DNA from: Sphaerodactylus townsendi
Taxonomy: Eukaryota
Assembly (NCBI RefSeq): GCF_021028975.2
Contig: NC_059437.1
Coordinates: 31,744,001-31,808,000, forward strand
Length of the DNA: 64,000 nt
Direction of reading: 5' to 3'
Numbering within the stretch: position 1 is the stretch's first letter; each line of letters begins with the position of its first letter. The notes beneath the pieces are model-generated. The model worked only from the letters and a program-made list of their open reading frames with translations, had not been told where the DNA came from and searched no databases. This document shows, piece by piece, positions 23,201-37,200 of this stretch. The position numbers and the translations under genes were made by a program.

Positions 23201-26200
23201 GATGCCCGACACAACGGTAGCCACCAAGGGAGTCTTGGTGCGGCTGTGCACCCGGGACAGCCACGTAAAGAGGAGCCCATCTTCAGCCATGGAATATATG
23301 ACTCGCGGCATTGGGAACATGGAGCCGAGCAAACTGCATTGAGCAGGAAGAAAAGTGGTCAGTACCTGGGCATGAAAAGAGGCCTTGGACAGCCACTGTC
23401 ACTGCCAGGCTCTGCCTTCCACCCAGACCTTACCTTGCGCTGAGGGCGCAGAGTGAGCCAATGGCCACGACATAACGGGCAGGCTCCCACCCCACATCCT
23501 TGAAAGCCTCAGGCAGGGGGCTCTCCTTGTTCACCAGGAAGTAGGGTACCATCAGGGTCAAGGCAGCAGAAACCCCAAAGTAGGCCACAAAGCAGATGAG
23601 AAGGGAGACAATGATGCTGATGGGGATGGAGCGCTGGGGGTTGCGAGCCTCCTCACCTGAGGATGGGGATGAGAGTCCAATGAAATCAGCCCGCTCTTAC
23701 AGTGCCCAAGACAGGAAGTGACTGGAAAATCCCCAATTCAAAAACCAGCTAATTTGAGCAGGAAATGCAGATTTTCTTTCAAACGTGAGAACATGTAGTA
23801 CAGAATTTGTTAATAGTTGTTATTATTATACACTGTCAATCTATTACCTGGGCACGTGACTGTCACCGTGCATGAGCACTGTTCTGTGCAAAGGAGTCCT
23901 CAGAGCTCCCAAGCTAAGCAGCCATCTGTGTCATTGGGCTGCACGGCTAATGATTCATTTCCCAGACCACAGGGAGATGCTTTCTGAAAGGAGTGCAACA
24001 GGCACAGCACAGCAGCCCCCACACCCCTGGCTGAGCAGGGATCCCATGTGAACGTGCTTCTGTACACAGCCCCAGTGCCCAGTCACTCAGCATGAAATGC
24101 CCCCTCCAGGACTAAATACCAACCAAGTGTTCTGTGGAACAGGGGAGGAGGGTGAGGGCATGGAGCAAAGTTCTCCCTACTGTTCCGTTCTTCCTGCAAC
24201 TGTTTACCTGTGGTTGCGATGCAGTCAAATCCAACAAAGGCATAGAAACAAGTTGCAGCACCAGTGAGGACCCCCTTGAAACCAAAGGGGAAAAAGCCAC
24301 CTGACCCAAAATTGCCGGCCCTGAAAGAGAAAAGGAAGGAGGAAGAGAGGGAAGGCCTCCAGCTACACTCAGAGGACCCGAGCAAGCGACTGAGGGGGTT
24401 GTCTCCTCCACACAGGGAGTGGACATTAATACTTAAATGGCTGTTGGACAAGTATTTCCCTCCAGCTCTATTGCTTTTCCTTTCTCCACCAGTCTAATGC
24501 CCCATGCCTTTTTTTGCTTTGCAGCATTTTAAGAAAACTTGGTGGAAAGATCTGTGTTGCCCAGAACAGTCAGATGCAGGAGGAGGAGGAAGAAGGAGAA
24601 GAAGAGTTTGGATATATATTCCCCCTTTCTCTCCTATAGGAGACTTAAAGGGGCTTACAAACTCCTTTCCCTTCCCCCCTCACAGCAAACACCGTGTGAG
24701 GTAGGTGGGGCTGAGAGAGCTCAGAAGAACTGTGACTAGCCCAAGGTCACCCAGCTGGCGTGTGGGGGAGTGCACAGGCTAATCTGAATTCCCCAGATAA
24801 GCCTCCGCAGCTCAGGTGGCACAGCAGGGAATCAAACCCAGTTCCTCCAGATTAGAGTACACCTGCTCTTAACCACTACACCACTGCTGCTAATCCCCGG
24901 GGAGCTGAATGAGAGGAGACAACTCGGAACAGCAAACCAGGCAGTTGCCACCTCAGGACGAAGGCATCTTCTTACGTGATTCCAGTCTTCAGAGCTTCTT
25001 GCGACCGGTTCTGATAATACTCCTCAGTCACACTCCAGTTCTTGACATCGCCCTTCACAAAGCCAGAGATGATGACAAAGCTGAGGACCAGCAGGTTGAT
25101 TGCAGTGAAGATTTTGTTCACTAGCGCAGATTCACTCACACCAAATGCTAGCAAGCCTGGAAAGGGAGGAAGCAAGAGGATTGGGGGGAGAGGAGGTCAC
25201 AGGAATATACCGACTCCCCTAAACTCAGCAGTGCTGGAGTTCCAGCCTCCTTGAACATACCTGCCCTCTCCTCTAGAGAGCCTGACACCTAGTCCCAGAT
25301 GCCAAGGTTGGCTGGTTTACTTTTAGTACTACTTTCCCATGCCTTGAAGCTAGTCCAGGCACTGAATAACCATTTCGAGGGAAGTGTGGTTCAGTTTAAG
25401 CTCTACAGCTTGTGGGCTTTTGCAAGGGAGGGCAGCTTTGCCACCTTAGGATCATCCCACCTGTCAGCAGCAACACCAGGAAGAGGGCAAAGAAGTCAGG
25501 ATATTCAGCCAGCACGTTCTCCAAGTGCAGGGCAGTGCTGTTCCGGAAGAAGGTGGAGATGTGATTGCCAATGATGTTGTCAAAGGCAGAGCTCCAGGCA
25601 CGAGCAACACTTGCCGTACCTGGCAATCAAGAAAAGAACCCTTCTTTAATCCAAGAAAGCATCATAGACACCTTATCAACACTACCCAAGAAACATCAAC
25701 AGCAGAACTACAAAAGAGCCTCACAGCTATTTAAAAAAATCCCCAAAGCTGGATGGTTCATCCTAACGCATCAGCTTTGCACACATCCCTTCTTGATCGA
25801 CCTAAACCTCCACAGAGGAGCACTTCAGGGTAACTCAAGTAAAGAATCCTAGCCTTGGTCTCTGGAGAAAGGCCTGTTCCTACAGCCCTCCTCTATCATT
25901 GTTGGGGCTACCCAGATAGAGTCAAAGATAGATTCTGCACAGCCTTGTCTTGCCCAGCTCAGATGCCCGTGCTCTTCCACATTCTCCAGTTACAAAATCA
26001 GATTCCAGTTATGGAAATCAAAGGGGTTTTCCCAGGGAGCTTGGATATATCACATACTTCTGGGTCCTGAAAAAAACTGTTCCAAAGAGCAGCCTTAAGA
26101 GCCAGAAGATTGGGATGAATGACTTCAAAGGGGAACTCTGTATCTAACACTGAACAATACGCCTCAGAAGTGTTGGAACTGGCCTCACACAGAGAAGCTC

Positions 26201-27299
26201 TGCTTTGGAGAAGGGGACACTTCAAGGGACTATTTCAGGCCTGGAAAAGCTTTTGATTGTGTTCTGGAGCAACATGAACAAGAAGTTAATATATTCATCA
26301 ATTAAAATATTTATATTCTGCCTTTCCTCATGACTCAAAGCAGCTTGCAAATCATCATTAAAAATAGCACAATTTAAAACCAGCCATATATCACCCTCTA
26401 ATAACCCCCATCAGATGTGAGGAATCGTGACGAATAGCGATTAAGGGCCAGTGTAGTGTAGCAGTTACAATGTTGGACGAGGATCTAGAAGACCCAGGTT
26501 CAACTTCTGCTGGGTGGCCACGGGCCAGTTATACACTCTCAACCTATCTTACCTCACAGGGTTCTTGTGAGGATAAAATGGACAAGGGGAGAATGTTGTA
26601 GGTTGCTTTGGGACCCTATCAGGGAAAACACTGGGATACAAATCAAGCAAATTAACAGGGGATAAGTGTTCAAAATATCTGTGTGATATCTCTTATAGCA
26701 GTGTCTGGATTGTAGTGTTGTTTGGAGTTATAAATGAAAATCTAGTCTGGGATCTCCAATTATGAGAGGGTTAGCCTGCTGAGGAAAATGCAACAATTAT
26801 GTTTCTTCAGAACAAAACAGAAAGCAAGCTCTGGTTGTGTCAGGAACACATTCTGTTACCATGATCTTTAAAAAAAACCCCAGAGGTTCCTCCCTCCCCA
26901 CACTCATCCCAATGGCACATACCTATCACATACGATAGGATGAGGTTCCATCCTGTGGTAAAGGCCCAGATCTCCCCGACAGTCACAAAGCTGTAGAGAT
27001 AGGCCGAACCAGCCTTCGGAACCCTGGCTCCAAACTCTGCATAGCACAGCCCAGCAAGAATTGATGAGACAGCCGCAATGAAGAAGCAGAGCACAATGTA
27101 TATGTGTCAGCATCCTTCACGCCCAGCCCTGCCAAGCTTACATATAACATCCGTCCCCCAGGGTGCTACTCCGGCCTCCAAGTTCTACCAGTCCCACGGT
27201 GGAGAGGCAACGGGCAAAACGGGTCTCTTCTGAGCTCAGGTCCAGCACACGTCGCCGGATCAACTTTTTGCCAAAGTTTGTCATGGCTTTCTGCAGCAT
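20288..27299 (-). CDS. SLC7A3: Cationic amino acid transporter 3 (CAT-3); coding exons 27299-26923, 25619-25461, 25156-24976, 24320-24208, 23656-23434, 23333-23194, 23099-22997, 22826-22615, 22248-22082, 21033-20925, 20418-20288; exon 1 has a local frameshift/stop patch (probably assembly error)
   Basis: CAT motifs [140 protein letters not shown]; all introns GT-AG; exons 2-11 open and in phase; SNX12 neighbour favours SLC7A3 over SLC7A1/2. Confidence 0.92.
24578..24891 (-). mobile_element. Squam3-like SINE (antisense to +) with (CTT)n-type tail
   Basis: tRNA-like head (ggaatcaaacccagttcctccag...ttaaccactacacca) and gaa/gga repeat tail typical of squamate SINEs; older relatives at ~9080, 10490, 12010, 20490, 26446, 29205, 32556, 43310. 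Confidence 0.75.
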
Positions 27300-30200
27300 C
27301 TTGCTACTTGTGTGCAAGGCCTCACTTTTCCCAAAATACCTAGAAGAGAACATATTACAGCATGACAGGCAGCAGTGCAAATGCTATGTTGGCAGATAAG
27401 ACTGCAACAATGATTTGGAGTTCTAGCAGGTCCAACCCAAATGCAATATTGATACAAGGTTGAGCAACCTGAGACCTTTTTCTGCTTGAAATGTAGATAG
27501 CTTGCAGAGAATTGCCATGATGGTGTCTCTCTCCTCCTTTTCCACGTGGGGAAGGACAACTATTCAAGGCAGGATGCTAAAGGTTCAGGCATATAAAAGC
27601 AAGCATAAGAATATAAGAGCCACGCTGGATCAGACCAAAGGCCCATCTAATCAGGCATTCTGTTTACACAGTAGCCAACCAGCTGCCTCTGAGAAGGCAA
27701 CAGCATCATTCTACCTGTGCTCCCCAGCAACTGACAGAAAGAGGCATGCTGCCTCTTGTATCGTACTACATATCTACAATACTGGTTCTAAAGAACAGCA
27801 TCAAAAACTGGGTTTCCAAAACCCTAGCTTCCTTCTGTGCTGGAGAAGAGAGAGGGCCCCAGAAATCAAGGCATTTCAGACTTCAAATCTCAGTCTAGCG
27901 ACTTGATCTGCTAAATCTAGTGTTGGTTCAGTGCCATTATAAAAATGAAAAAAAAGAGAAAGAAACCTAGACAGCCACCATACAACACAGTTTCCAACAA
28001 GCTAAGGCTTTGTTTTAGAGAGGGCCTGCAGTGGGATTTTGTCGACAGTCACATGACAGTGTCAGCCCAAAGTATTATGCCTTTAGAAGTGGCAAGAGGG
28101 CAGCTTACGACTAAACAGGCTGGGGTTACACATTACCTTCATGCCTGTTGCAGATGTCCACCAATATTAGCACAAAGCAAATCTCAGGATAACTGTGTTT
28201 ACACAAGTCATTCATTGGATAAAATGTCAGGAAGCCATCTTCAGCGATTAACCAGTTTAAGCAAACTTTAGACCGACACTTAGAACAAACTATTCTCCAG
28301 AAAGCCAGGCTGTGCAATAACTTATGTCAGCATTAAATATGGCATGTAATACCTGGGACAACCTAACACTACATATCCCAATTTATGGTTAACATTACGA
28401 TGCTCGTTTTTTAGTATTTCAAGATGGTTTATGCAATGTTAAAACACGGTCAAGCAACCAAAACAGAAAAAGTACAGGGTGATTCAGCCTTGACGATATC
28501 CACTAAAAGAGAAAGGCTAGAGAGAAAAAAGTTTTCCTGGCCCACTTGCTCGATGCATGTCAGTGTCAATCAACAATGGCACATCAATATCCAGGAGAAA
28601 GAGGAAATCCATTCTCATCCCATTTATGAAAACACCACTGTCTGCTCGTCTGCAAGCAGTCTTTACTGGGCACAAGCAAGTCAATGAATGATAATTTTCA
28701 ACAATGACATGCAGGTTCAGGTCTGGCAGGATTCACCAACATTCAGAGGTGAAGTATGTAATCTAACCTTATTCTCACAAGACATTTCAAGTATGGAAAA
28801 AAGGTAAGCCTGGAAACTGGGACCAGTTCTACGCCCAGTACCAGTGTCTGTGATTGGATCTTGAAGCCACAGCAAAGGCACAAACATGGCCACAAGCTTT
28901 CAGAAGCTGCAGCCTGTTATATCAGGTGCAGAAAAATGGACTGTGAAAGCTACAGAAGACACACGCTGGGGTACAGGATTTCAAACATGAGCATAAGATA
29001 TGTCCACCTTGGAAAGAAGTTCTCCAAACTCAGCAGCTTACAAAATGTGTTCTTAGCTCACACATTCCTGGGTTAATTTATGGCCTTGATTGAAGAAGGA
29101 AAAAGCACTCTCTCTTTTTTAGATTTCAGCAGTGCCTCTATCTGATTGCCTGTTCTTACACGACATAAGCAACTGACTCTTTGCAACGACACGCTTAGCT
29201 AGGACTCCTGGCTTTGTTAAGTGGCTAGACTGTTGGACTGGAGCCTGGAACAACCAAGTTCAAATCCCTGCTCTGCCATGGAAGCTTGCTAGATGATCTT
29301 GGGCCCATGATACTCTCCCAGCCTAACCTATCTCACAGGTTCTTATGAGGATAAAATGATGTACATGATAAGCTGCTTTAGATTCCCAATAGTGTAAAAA
29401 GTGTCATATAAATAAAACACTTAGCTTAAAACAAAATGCACACAATAATAATTAATTTGGAATAGGGGTTTGCAATGCTACTAGAATCTGAATGTGCATT
29501 AGTTTTTGAATTAATGTTGAAAGATCAGGTGATTTTAATTAATAAAATAGTTGTTTTCCCCCCAGATATAAATCCTATATAATCAGTCAACGGAAAGCTC
29601 CTGTTATTTCCAAATGACCTCCATCATCTAGTCTGGCCCATGGAATCAATACAGGTACCAGCCCGTCCATCAAGCTGAATTGATAGCACTGACAGAGGAT
29701 ACAGCAAAACAAAGACCTACTCATTTCCCCTTTCTGCAGCACTAATCTATGAAGATTAATGACTGTCTCCTGCTACAAGGTGCCTTCGGTATGAGAGGGG
29801 GCGGGGTTGTGTGCACTCTGAATTGCAAGGGCAGGGAAAAAAGAACTGGCCAGCTTATTACCAAAGGATAGTCCTAAGTCAGCTCTATAGTAGGCAGGTG
29901 GGATTGAAGGAGCAACACAAGCTCAGTTGCAGAAAATAAATTGGAGGGATACACTGCAAAAACCACATATCACCAACAATATAGGCAAAGCAACATTTCT
30001 AGATTAATTTGGATTTTATTTTAGCTAGCATGGGTTTTTTTTCTTTCTGTCCCTCTTTAGACACAAAAAGAATATAAATCAAAGAGAAGCTGAAGTTTTT
30101 CCAAGGAGCTGATTAGCAAATGGCAGACAGCCAGAGCCATCTACCAAGAACCTCCCGGCACGTTTTCCACAGGCCATAAAAACATGTATGGGCTTTTTGA

Positions 30201-31947
30201 TGGGAGTTCCTTGGAGTTTGTGTGAGTCAGAAATCCCTTCAGAAGCAGGAAAGAGCAGACTCCCTTCCCCAAAGTCCAGGAGTCACATGCACAGTGCCCT
30301 GCACAACTACCTCGGGCTCCTAACCAGCAGGGAAAATGATGGATGAGCACCAAAAGAAAACAAACGTCTGCTTTTAGCTGAGCAGAAGGGAATCTCACAC
30401 TCTCTCCCAGGAAGCATATTTTCCCCACAATGCTGGAGTGTGGCAGAACAAACTGTTGAGATAACAACTGTCTACACAAGCAGCAGAAAGAAGCTTTTAC
30501 CCTGGGCTGCTTCCTCTCACAAACCAAAGCACTTACACAACACCAGAAGTTGCCAAGCGAGGGGAGCAGATAAAACCTACACAAACAAACACCAGGGCAG
30601 CTCTTTTCCCCTCACCAAGCCCAGCCAGCACCTCCGGGATCAAACAGTCCAGCTCAACATCATTTTTTTCTCAAAAGCTAGCAGCTTTTACTCATCTCTC
30701 TCCTTTCTGCAACCTTTTCCACTTTGCACACAAATCTCTTCAGCAAAATGAGGGACAAAAGGCAAACCTGCTCGTTTCTGAACTGGGAGCCCTCTTTCCT
30801 TACAAACCCATCCGGTGTTGATTCTTGGTCAAATAGGAGGCCCTGCTGTCGTCACCAGGGACTGAAAGCTTTGCAAGAGAGAGGCACCTCTTTCTGCCAG
30901 GAACCTGCTTATGGGGAGGGGCAGCTGCCAAGCAGCATATTCTACTTTAGAGACAAGGCAAAGGGGACGGCTAAGCTGCTTAGAAGGCCTTTTAGTGCAA
31001 CGGCAAATGTATCACAACCCCAGTACAAGATTAACTGGCCAGACGTGCCCACTGGAATACTGGACTGAAATATACATACCTGCCTGGTATAGAACACCTG
31101 GAGGAGAATGCTTGAGCACCTGCTAGATCACACTGAACATAAGTGTTTGCAACACAGCCAGTCAGGGAAGCTATCTAAACAGACCCCAAAGGACTGACAC
31201 ATAGGGAAGTGTCTTATTAGAAGCATCACCATCATAAAACCCTAGAGGGACCCAACTGGTTGCTTGCTTCCCGCCGAAGATGGAAGTCTTGAGGCTCACA
31301 AAGCTTGCTGCCACTCATCTGCTTCAAGCAGTGTGCAAACGAGAGGCTGGAAAGGGTCTTTGGAGGATCTCCAGGTGCAAGCATTCAATGCTGATGGCAC
31401 AAGCAGGGCAAGGGAAAACAGGGCTGAGCAGCCATCCAGAGACGGAGGGTTTGTGTAAGAGGCACCAGAACAGGAAAGAGGAAGAGAAGAGCTATTGATT
31501 ATAGGTCCATGTGAGGGTAACAGAAACAAAAGAAAAACATTAAGGATGCAGAAAAACTCAACCTGCTTAGAAGTCCAAGCCTACTGCATATCAAAGATGT
31601 AGGAGAAGCTTTAATCTGTGCGATTAGCAAATACATGCACGTACACACAAAGCCGGTACTTTGTAATCACATTTCAGTACCCCCTTCCTTTCATTTAATA
31701 GTGTACGCTGTGAAGTGTAGCCTAGAAACGCAGATGTTGCTCAGAACAAATTAGAAATGTGCTGGAGAAATTTTTACCTGCTCATTTCATTTACACCTTG
31801 CCTTTCTCCCCAGTGGGGACCCAAAGCAGCTTATATCATTTTCCTGTCTTCTGTGAAAACTAGATGATGGATAGAAAAGCACAACCACAGTGGGTTATAG
31901 ATGACGAATCTGAGAACTTAAGAAAGCAGCCCATTCACTTACACATT

Positions 31948-32554
31948 GGGCGATTCCGCACATGAGTAAAATAGGTTCGACCCAGTTCCCTGAGAAGGGT
32001 ACTAACCTAGGTCGAAGCCATTGTTGTTCCCCACTGCAACCAGCTTGATCCCAGCTCAGAGGGCGGGATCATCCTGTGCCTCTTCGCCGCTCCATTCCAA
32101 TTGGCTACTGTTCTACGGCCATGTTCCATCTATCCCCACACACATTATTAAAAAACTGCCACAGGAATGGAGGGACGAAGGTGGTGTTTTTTGATTGGCC
32201 GCTTACATTGGTACGTGGAAATTGTGCGCCGTTTGTGCGACCAGCCATTGCTTCGAATGCAAGAAAGAAGAGGGGGGAAAATTAGGCACGATTTTTGCCG
32301 CGGCGGTTCTCCAGCTGTACGCATGCCTAAAACACTCCGCTGTGATTGGCTGAATGGGGGACTCCTGGCACCAGAGATTCCGCACTTTACTGGAATCAAG
32401 CTGAGTTCGAGCGTGGTTCCCTGAAAAAGTAGTAGTTCCCAACTGGAGTCGGGGCAAAGCTGGAACAAAACCACGTCGATCCCAGTGGTTATGCGGAGAA
32501 CTTAGGTTGAATGCAGCTCGAACTTAGGTCGATAACGCAAGTGCAGAATCGACC
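31948..32554. mobile_element. PIF/Harbinger-like MITE
   Basis: 14-bp TIR gggcgattccgcac / gtgcagaatcgacc (2 mismatches), subterminal aggttcga/aggtcga repeats, CpG-rich relative to flanks. Confidence 0.65.
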
Positions 32555-35500
32555 TTAGTGTAGTGGTCAGAATGTTGGAGCAGCCTGGAGAGACCAACAT
32601 TCAAATGCCCACTTAAGTCATGAAGCTGACAGACCTTAGGCTAGTCACATGTTCTCAGACTACCCTGAAAAACCATTGTGAACATAAGGGGATAGGAAGC
32701 ATATGTGGCCAAGTTGCTCAAGAGGAAGGGAAGTATAAAAATATAATAAATATAAATATAATAAATATAAATATATTAAAATATAATAAACAGCATCACA
32801 AATTGCTCTGAAAAGGTCATATGGCATACTTTCAAGGAGTTATCTGGTTCAAAGTATATCAGTTGACTGTCCCATGGGTACATGTATAAATTGGAATAAC
32901 CAAGTTTAAGTCCTATTTGAAGGGATCAAAGGGTCCCCCCTCTCACACCTGTTATTCTGACTGTAATCCAGCCTTTATACAAGCAGCTGCTCAGTCCAGA
33001 AAAATATTGAGCGTGTAGAACATGAGCGGCCAGAAACTTTTAGCACAAGAACCCTGGTGAATGGGCATATTCTTCCTTTTGATCCAGAATCCAACCTGCA
33101 GAAACTGAAAGCGCTCAGTGAAACTGTGAATTGGTGGTGATTAAGTCAGAAGGGAAGAAAAGCACAGTTGCATTTGTAGCAAAAAATGATACCTCTGATA
33201 AGAAGCAAAAATTACCCAGTTTTAGCCAGGGCTTTGCATTTGTACTTGGATCCATGCACAGCATGAACAAGGAACCAGAACGGGAATGGAAAGAAAAGAA
33301 TGAGAGACTGCAAATTTGAGGGGATTCATGGATCTGAGGTCCAAAGTAAAGCAGGAAACCCAGGCAAAAGATAGCTTTGCTGAGGGAGAATAAGATCGGA
33401 ATGTGCATTTGTTCTTCAGAAAATCCTATCTCTAACATCAGGAATCCTTGTAGTAAATTGTTGATTTAAATACTAAAAATTGAATTTTGTTAATGGGAAC
33501 TTGATGGCTTGGGCTACAGGATGAAATTACACTTTATAAATGTGTAAACAGTTAATTGAAATAATTTATAGTCTTAACCTGTCCACATATTGTGTCTTCT
33601 ATGAAGCACTGTAAGTGTTATAGAGAATTTGTTTGGAGACCAGACTTTGCACCCTTCCCCCACCCCATAGCACACCTACCCACCCACCCACCCCCCACCC
33701 CAAGCCACAGACTCAAGACCAGATAAGTGGAAAGTGTTGTGCCGGGAGGAGTAGGCAGCTGCTTACAGACCTGGTTAAACCCACTACAGGAAAAAAATGC
33801 TTTCTCTCCCCACCCCACTCCTGCTAGTGGCCATTACATCTCCTATAGAACAATAATGTTTACGACTAGCGTACTAGACATCAATTAAAAGTAGAAAACA
33901 CCGCCAGTCGTACTGCTACAACAATTGATACATCAAGACCTGTGTTAAACAAAACCATTTACTTTGTGAGGTGAAAAAGTAATTAAGGTGCCTTAATAAT
34001 AGTATAAACACAAAACCTTCCACCGTGCAAAAGTACGCAACACATATAAGTTCAAAACAATTCCCTTAGTAACAGTGTTGACTGTACTGTAGGGAACTAA
34101 AGAGATGCTGTGCTTCTTCTTTTGGAATGCAAAGTGTTCAGCAGAAGGCCATTCTATCTATAACACTGTTTCGTGGGTTACTTCCTCAGTAGATGAAAAA
34201 CAATCCTCTGCACTGTGATAAATAAACCAAAATATTATACAATTATCCACACAAAGGAATTTTAACTCCTAGACATTTTACACACTTACAGTGGATAATT
34301 CAGTATCTCCTTAACACAGCTTGCTTAACCATTTTTAAAGCACAGGTTTCAGGACATGATCAGGTGCAGCATATAGGAAATTATCCGGACATCCTTTAAA
34401 TAGGTTGTCTTACCACAGGTGAATGACATCCAATTAAGGAAAATGTCTATACAATTAAGGTAAATGTCTAATTACCAATTAAGGTAAATGTCTATAAATG
34501 TCTATACTGTGTAATTAAACAGGCTCCATCTCTTTACTATACAAAATTATTTACCATTTACAAGACAGACAAGTATAACATTACAACCACAATCATGCAC
34601 TTAAATTTTGTGATGTAATGGGCTTTGCTGCTAGTCCATAATAAAGCACTCTTGCAACTCCTCGGATCCTTCACCCAAGCTCTCCCCAGTGAAACAGAAT
34701 TGGCACAGCAAAACACAGAACCAAGTGAAATACCCAAACACTGTAATCAGTATTGGGCTTTGCCATCACAACTGACAGAGGCTGGCAGCTCAGTCGGCAA
34801 AGCATGTAATTAAACGTTCCGCATTTTATCACTTCAGTATGGAAGCTGATGGTGCCTTCGAATGCTCATCTAATTCTATTAATATATAATAAAACTGAAT
34901 TCGGCAGAAGAGAGAGCCAGAGAAGGTCAACTTTGCCGGAAAAGCTGCACCAGAACCTATGCAGTGTAGCCCAGATTGTTGATGGATAAGGGGAAGTCTG
35001 CTCTTGACTGGCAGAAGCCAGAAGCCACTGCCATATCATTATCAGCTTCCCTTTCTCTAGTTAATCTCAGACTGTTGTGCCATCTTCCAGGAAGTCAATA
35101 CCCACTTTAGTTTGCAGTTGAGAGAATCACACAATTGAATCCTTCTGCATTAACACCCGTCCCCCCACAAAAAAAAATGCAGCCCAAGTTTTTTATAAGC
35201 AGTGATTTTTTTTTCTTCTGAAGGATTTCATACTAAATTGCCTCTCAGCCTTTGCAGAGTGAAGAGATACAGACCAAACACAAATTGACTATCCCAATTG
35301 CTGTTCATGAAATGCAGGTCTGTAGTGGGAATCTAAGTAAAAATACACAAGGGGGAGGGGTTCGCTATAAGTCGAGACTGCAAAAACTTGAGCTTATGTC
35401 TTCCATTATTAAAGTTACATAATCATATTATATAAAAGGGCAGCCATGGTGGCGACAACTCACTTCTAGCCAATTGCCATGCACACATGGCTTGCGGGCG

Positions 35501-36989
35501 GGGCTTACAGAGAACGGTTAAAAAACACATAAACAAAACAGTGATCACTCACTCTCTCGCACATTCACCCTACTCCCTCACTGTTCCATCTGCAAATTCC
35601 TGAGGAGGAGCAGGCACTCCCCGTGGGACAATCACAACTGCTGGCAGCCGCAACTGCGTGGTTAACTGTTGTGTGGTGATACAGACATCCAGGAAGAGGA
35701 GCAGGCATCCAGGAACAGGAGGAGGGAGCTGGTGCCTGGTGACAAGAAGTCTGGGGAGGAAAGGCAGGAAAGAGTTGCCCTCTTGATAGGCACTTAAACC
35801 CACCAACAATTTTCTACAGTCCATTGTATTTGTTTCGCCAACAGGCTTTACTGCTAATTTGAACATAATTTGATTTTAGTTCCAGGTGCCCAACTGCTCT
35901 TCTAGGATCTGAATTCCAGGATGATTAATATTCTATTCAAAACAAGGGAGCATCTAACAGAGCAAATGTTGCACAACAATTTGTATCTGACAAAGTGAGC
36001 TTTGACACACAAAATATTGTACCCAAGAAAAGTTTGTTAGTCTTTAAGAAGCTGCTAAGCATCTGTGGAAATGGGCCATACTGGATTCCTGCTCCAAAAC
36101 AGTATCTGAAGAGTCCAGGATTCCAACCAATGTAAAGGAAATGAGAATGGCTGGACCAGGGGGAAATGCCCTACTAAATTATCAACCAGGCAGCAAAATA
36201 CTGTATTTTCACCTTTTGCTATCATAATTTATATAGCAGTGCAAAGCCCCATCAACTTAGATCACCTGACTGTAAAAATGCACTTCTAGGATTTGTAAAG
36301 CTACTTGGATATCTTAATAATAGGCAGTTGTCTTCAGTTTATGCCAATCCTAGCACATTCTCCCTAATGGCCACAAAAGATCAACCTGAACTACGTGGGG
36401 GAGTCAAGACAATGATATGCATGCTATGCATGTTGCTCTCTGTAGGTGGTGTCTTCTGGGTACCACCACAAACTGGATACCATTACAAGCTAAATCATTA
36501 CGTTCCACCTAATAGTTAGAAGGCATATAATGGAGCTATCTTGCAGAAGCCAAGAAGTCCCAGCTTTTGTGTATGCAAGAATGGGAGACCACTTGGGATA
36601 CCTCCACCCATACCCCATGTACGCCACGGATCCATGATGGAAGAAAGACAGGATACTGATGCCATTAAGACAACAAATATTACAAAAAACAAACCAAGAA
36701 TAAAATGTTTAGAGCCTCCCTCTATCTTGTCTGAAAGGCCTTTGAAGCCAGGGGGTCTAACCACAACACAGGAAAGCTGGCAGTGGTGGAGTCAACATTT
36801 GAACCAAGATATCCTGCTTATTAGAAGGTGGTCAGAAGAACAAAGAAAAATTTGGGGCAGAGCCAAGATAGTTTCCCTCAGGTTGTGAGGGAGGCTGCTT
36901 TCACACACAGGTTTATCATTGCTTCACTGGCCAAACTGTAGTGCCTTTCTTTGAAGCATCTGTGTGACAATCATGATGCAATCACCTTT

Positions 36990-37200
36990 TCTAACATTTT
37001 GCCCACATCTGTGGCTGGCCTCTTCAGAGACATGGCATGGTAAGAAGTGTTCCTCTCTGTGGCACAGTATGTAGGCATGTGTGCCACAGAGAGAAACACA
37101 TCTTACCATGACATGCCTCTGAAGAGGCCAGCCACAAATGCAGGTGAAACATTAGGAGCTAAAACCACCCGATGCTCGGAAAACCCACAACAGCCTGTTG
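36990..37200. mobile_element. Penelope-like element remnant arranged as an inverted repeat
   Basis: Arms tgtggctggcctcttcagagacatggcatggtaagaagtgttcctctctgtggcaca / tgtgccacagagagaaacacatcttaccatgacatgcctctgaagaggccagccaca, followed by a cggaaaacccacaacagcc tail recalled from squamate Penelope elements. Confidence 0.65.

Noticed and set aside
21719-23443. Plus-strand ORFs of 139-189 aa
   Set aside because: Antisense to SLC7A3 exons and introns; no independent coding features.
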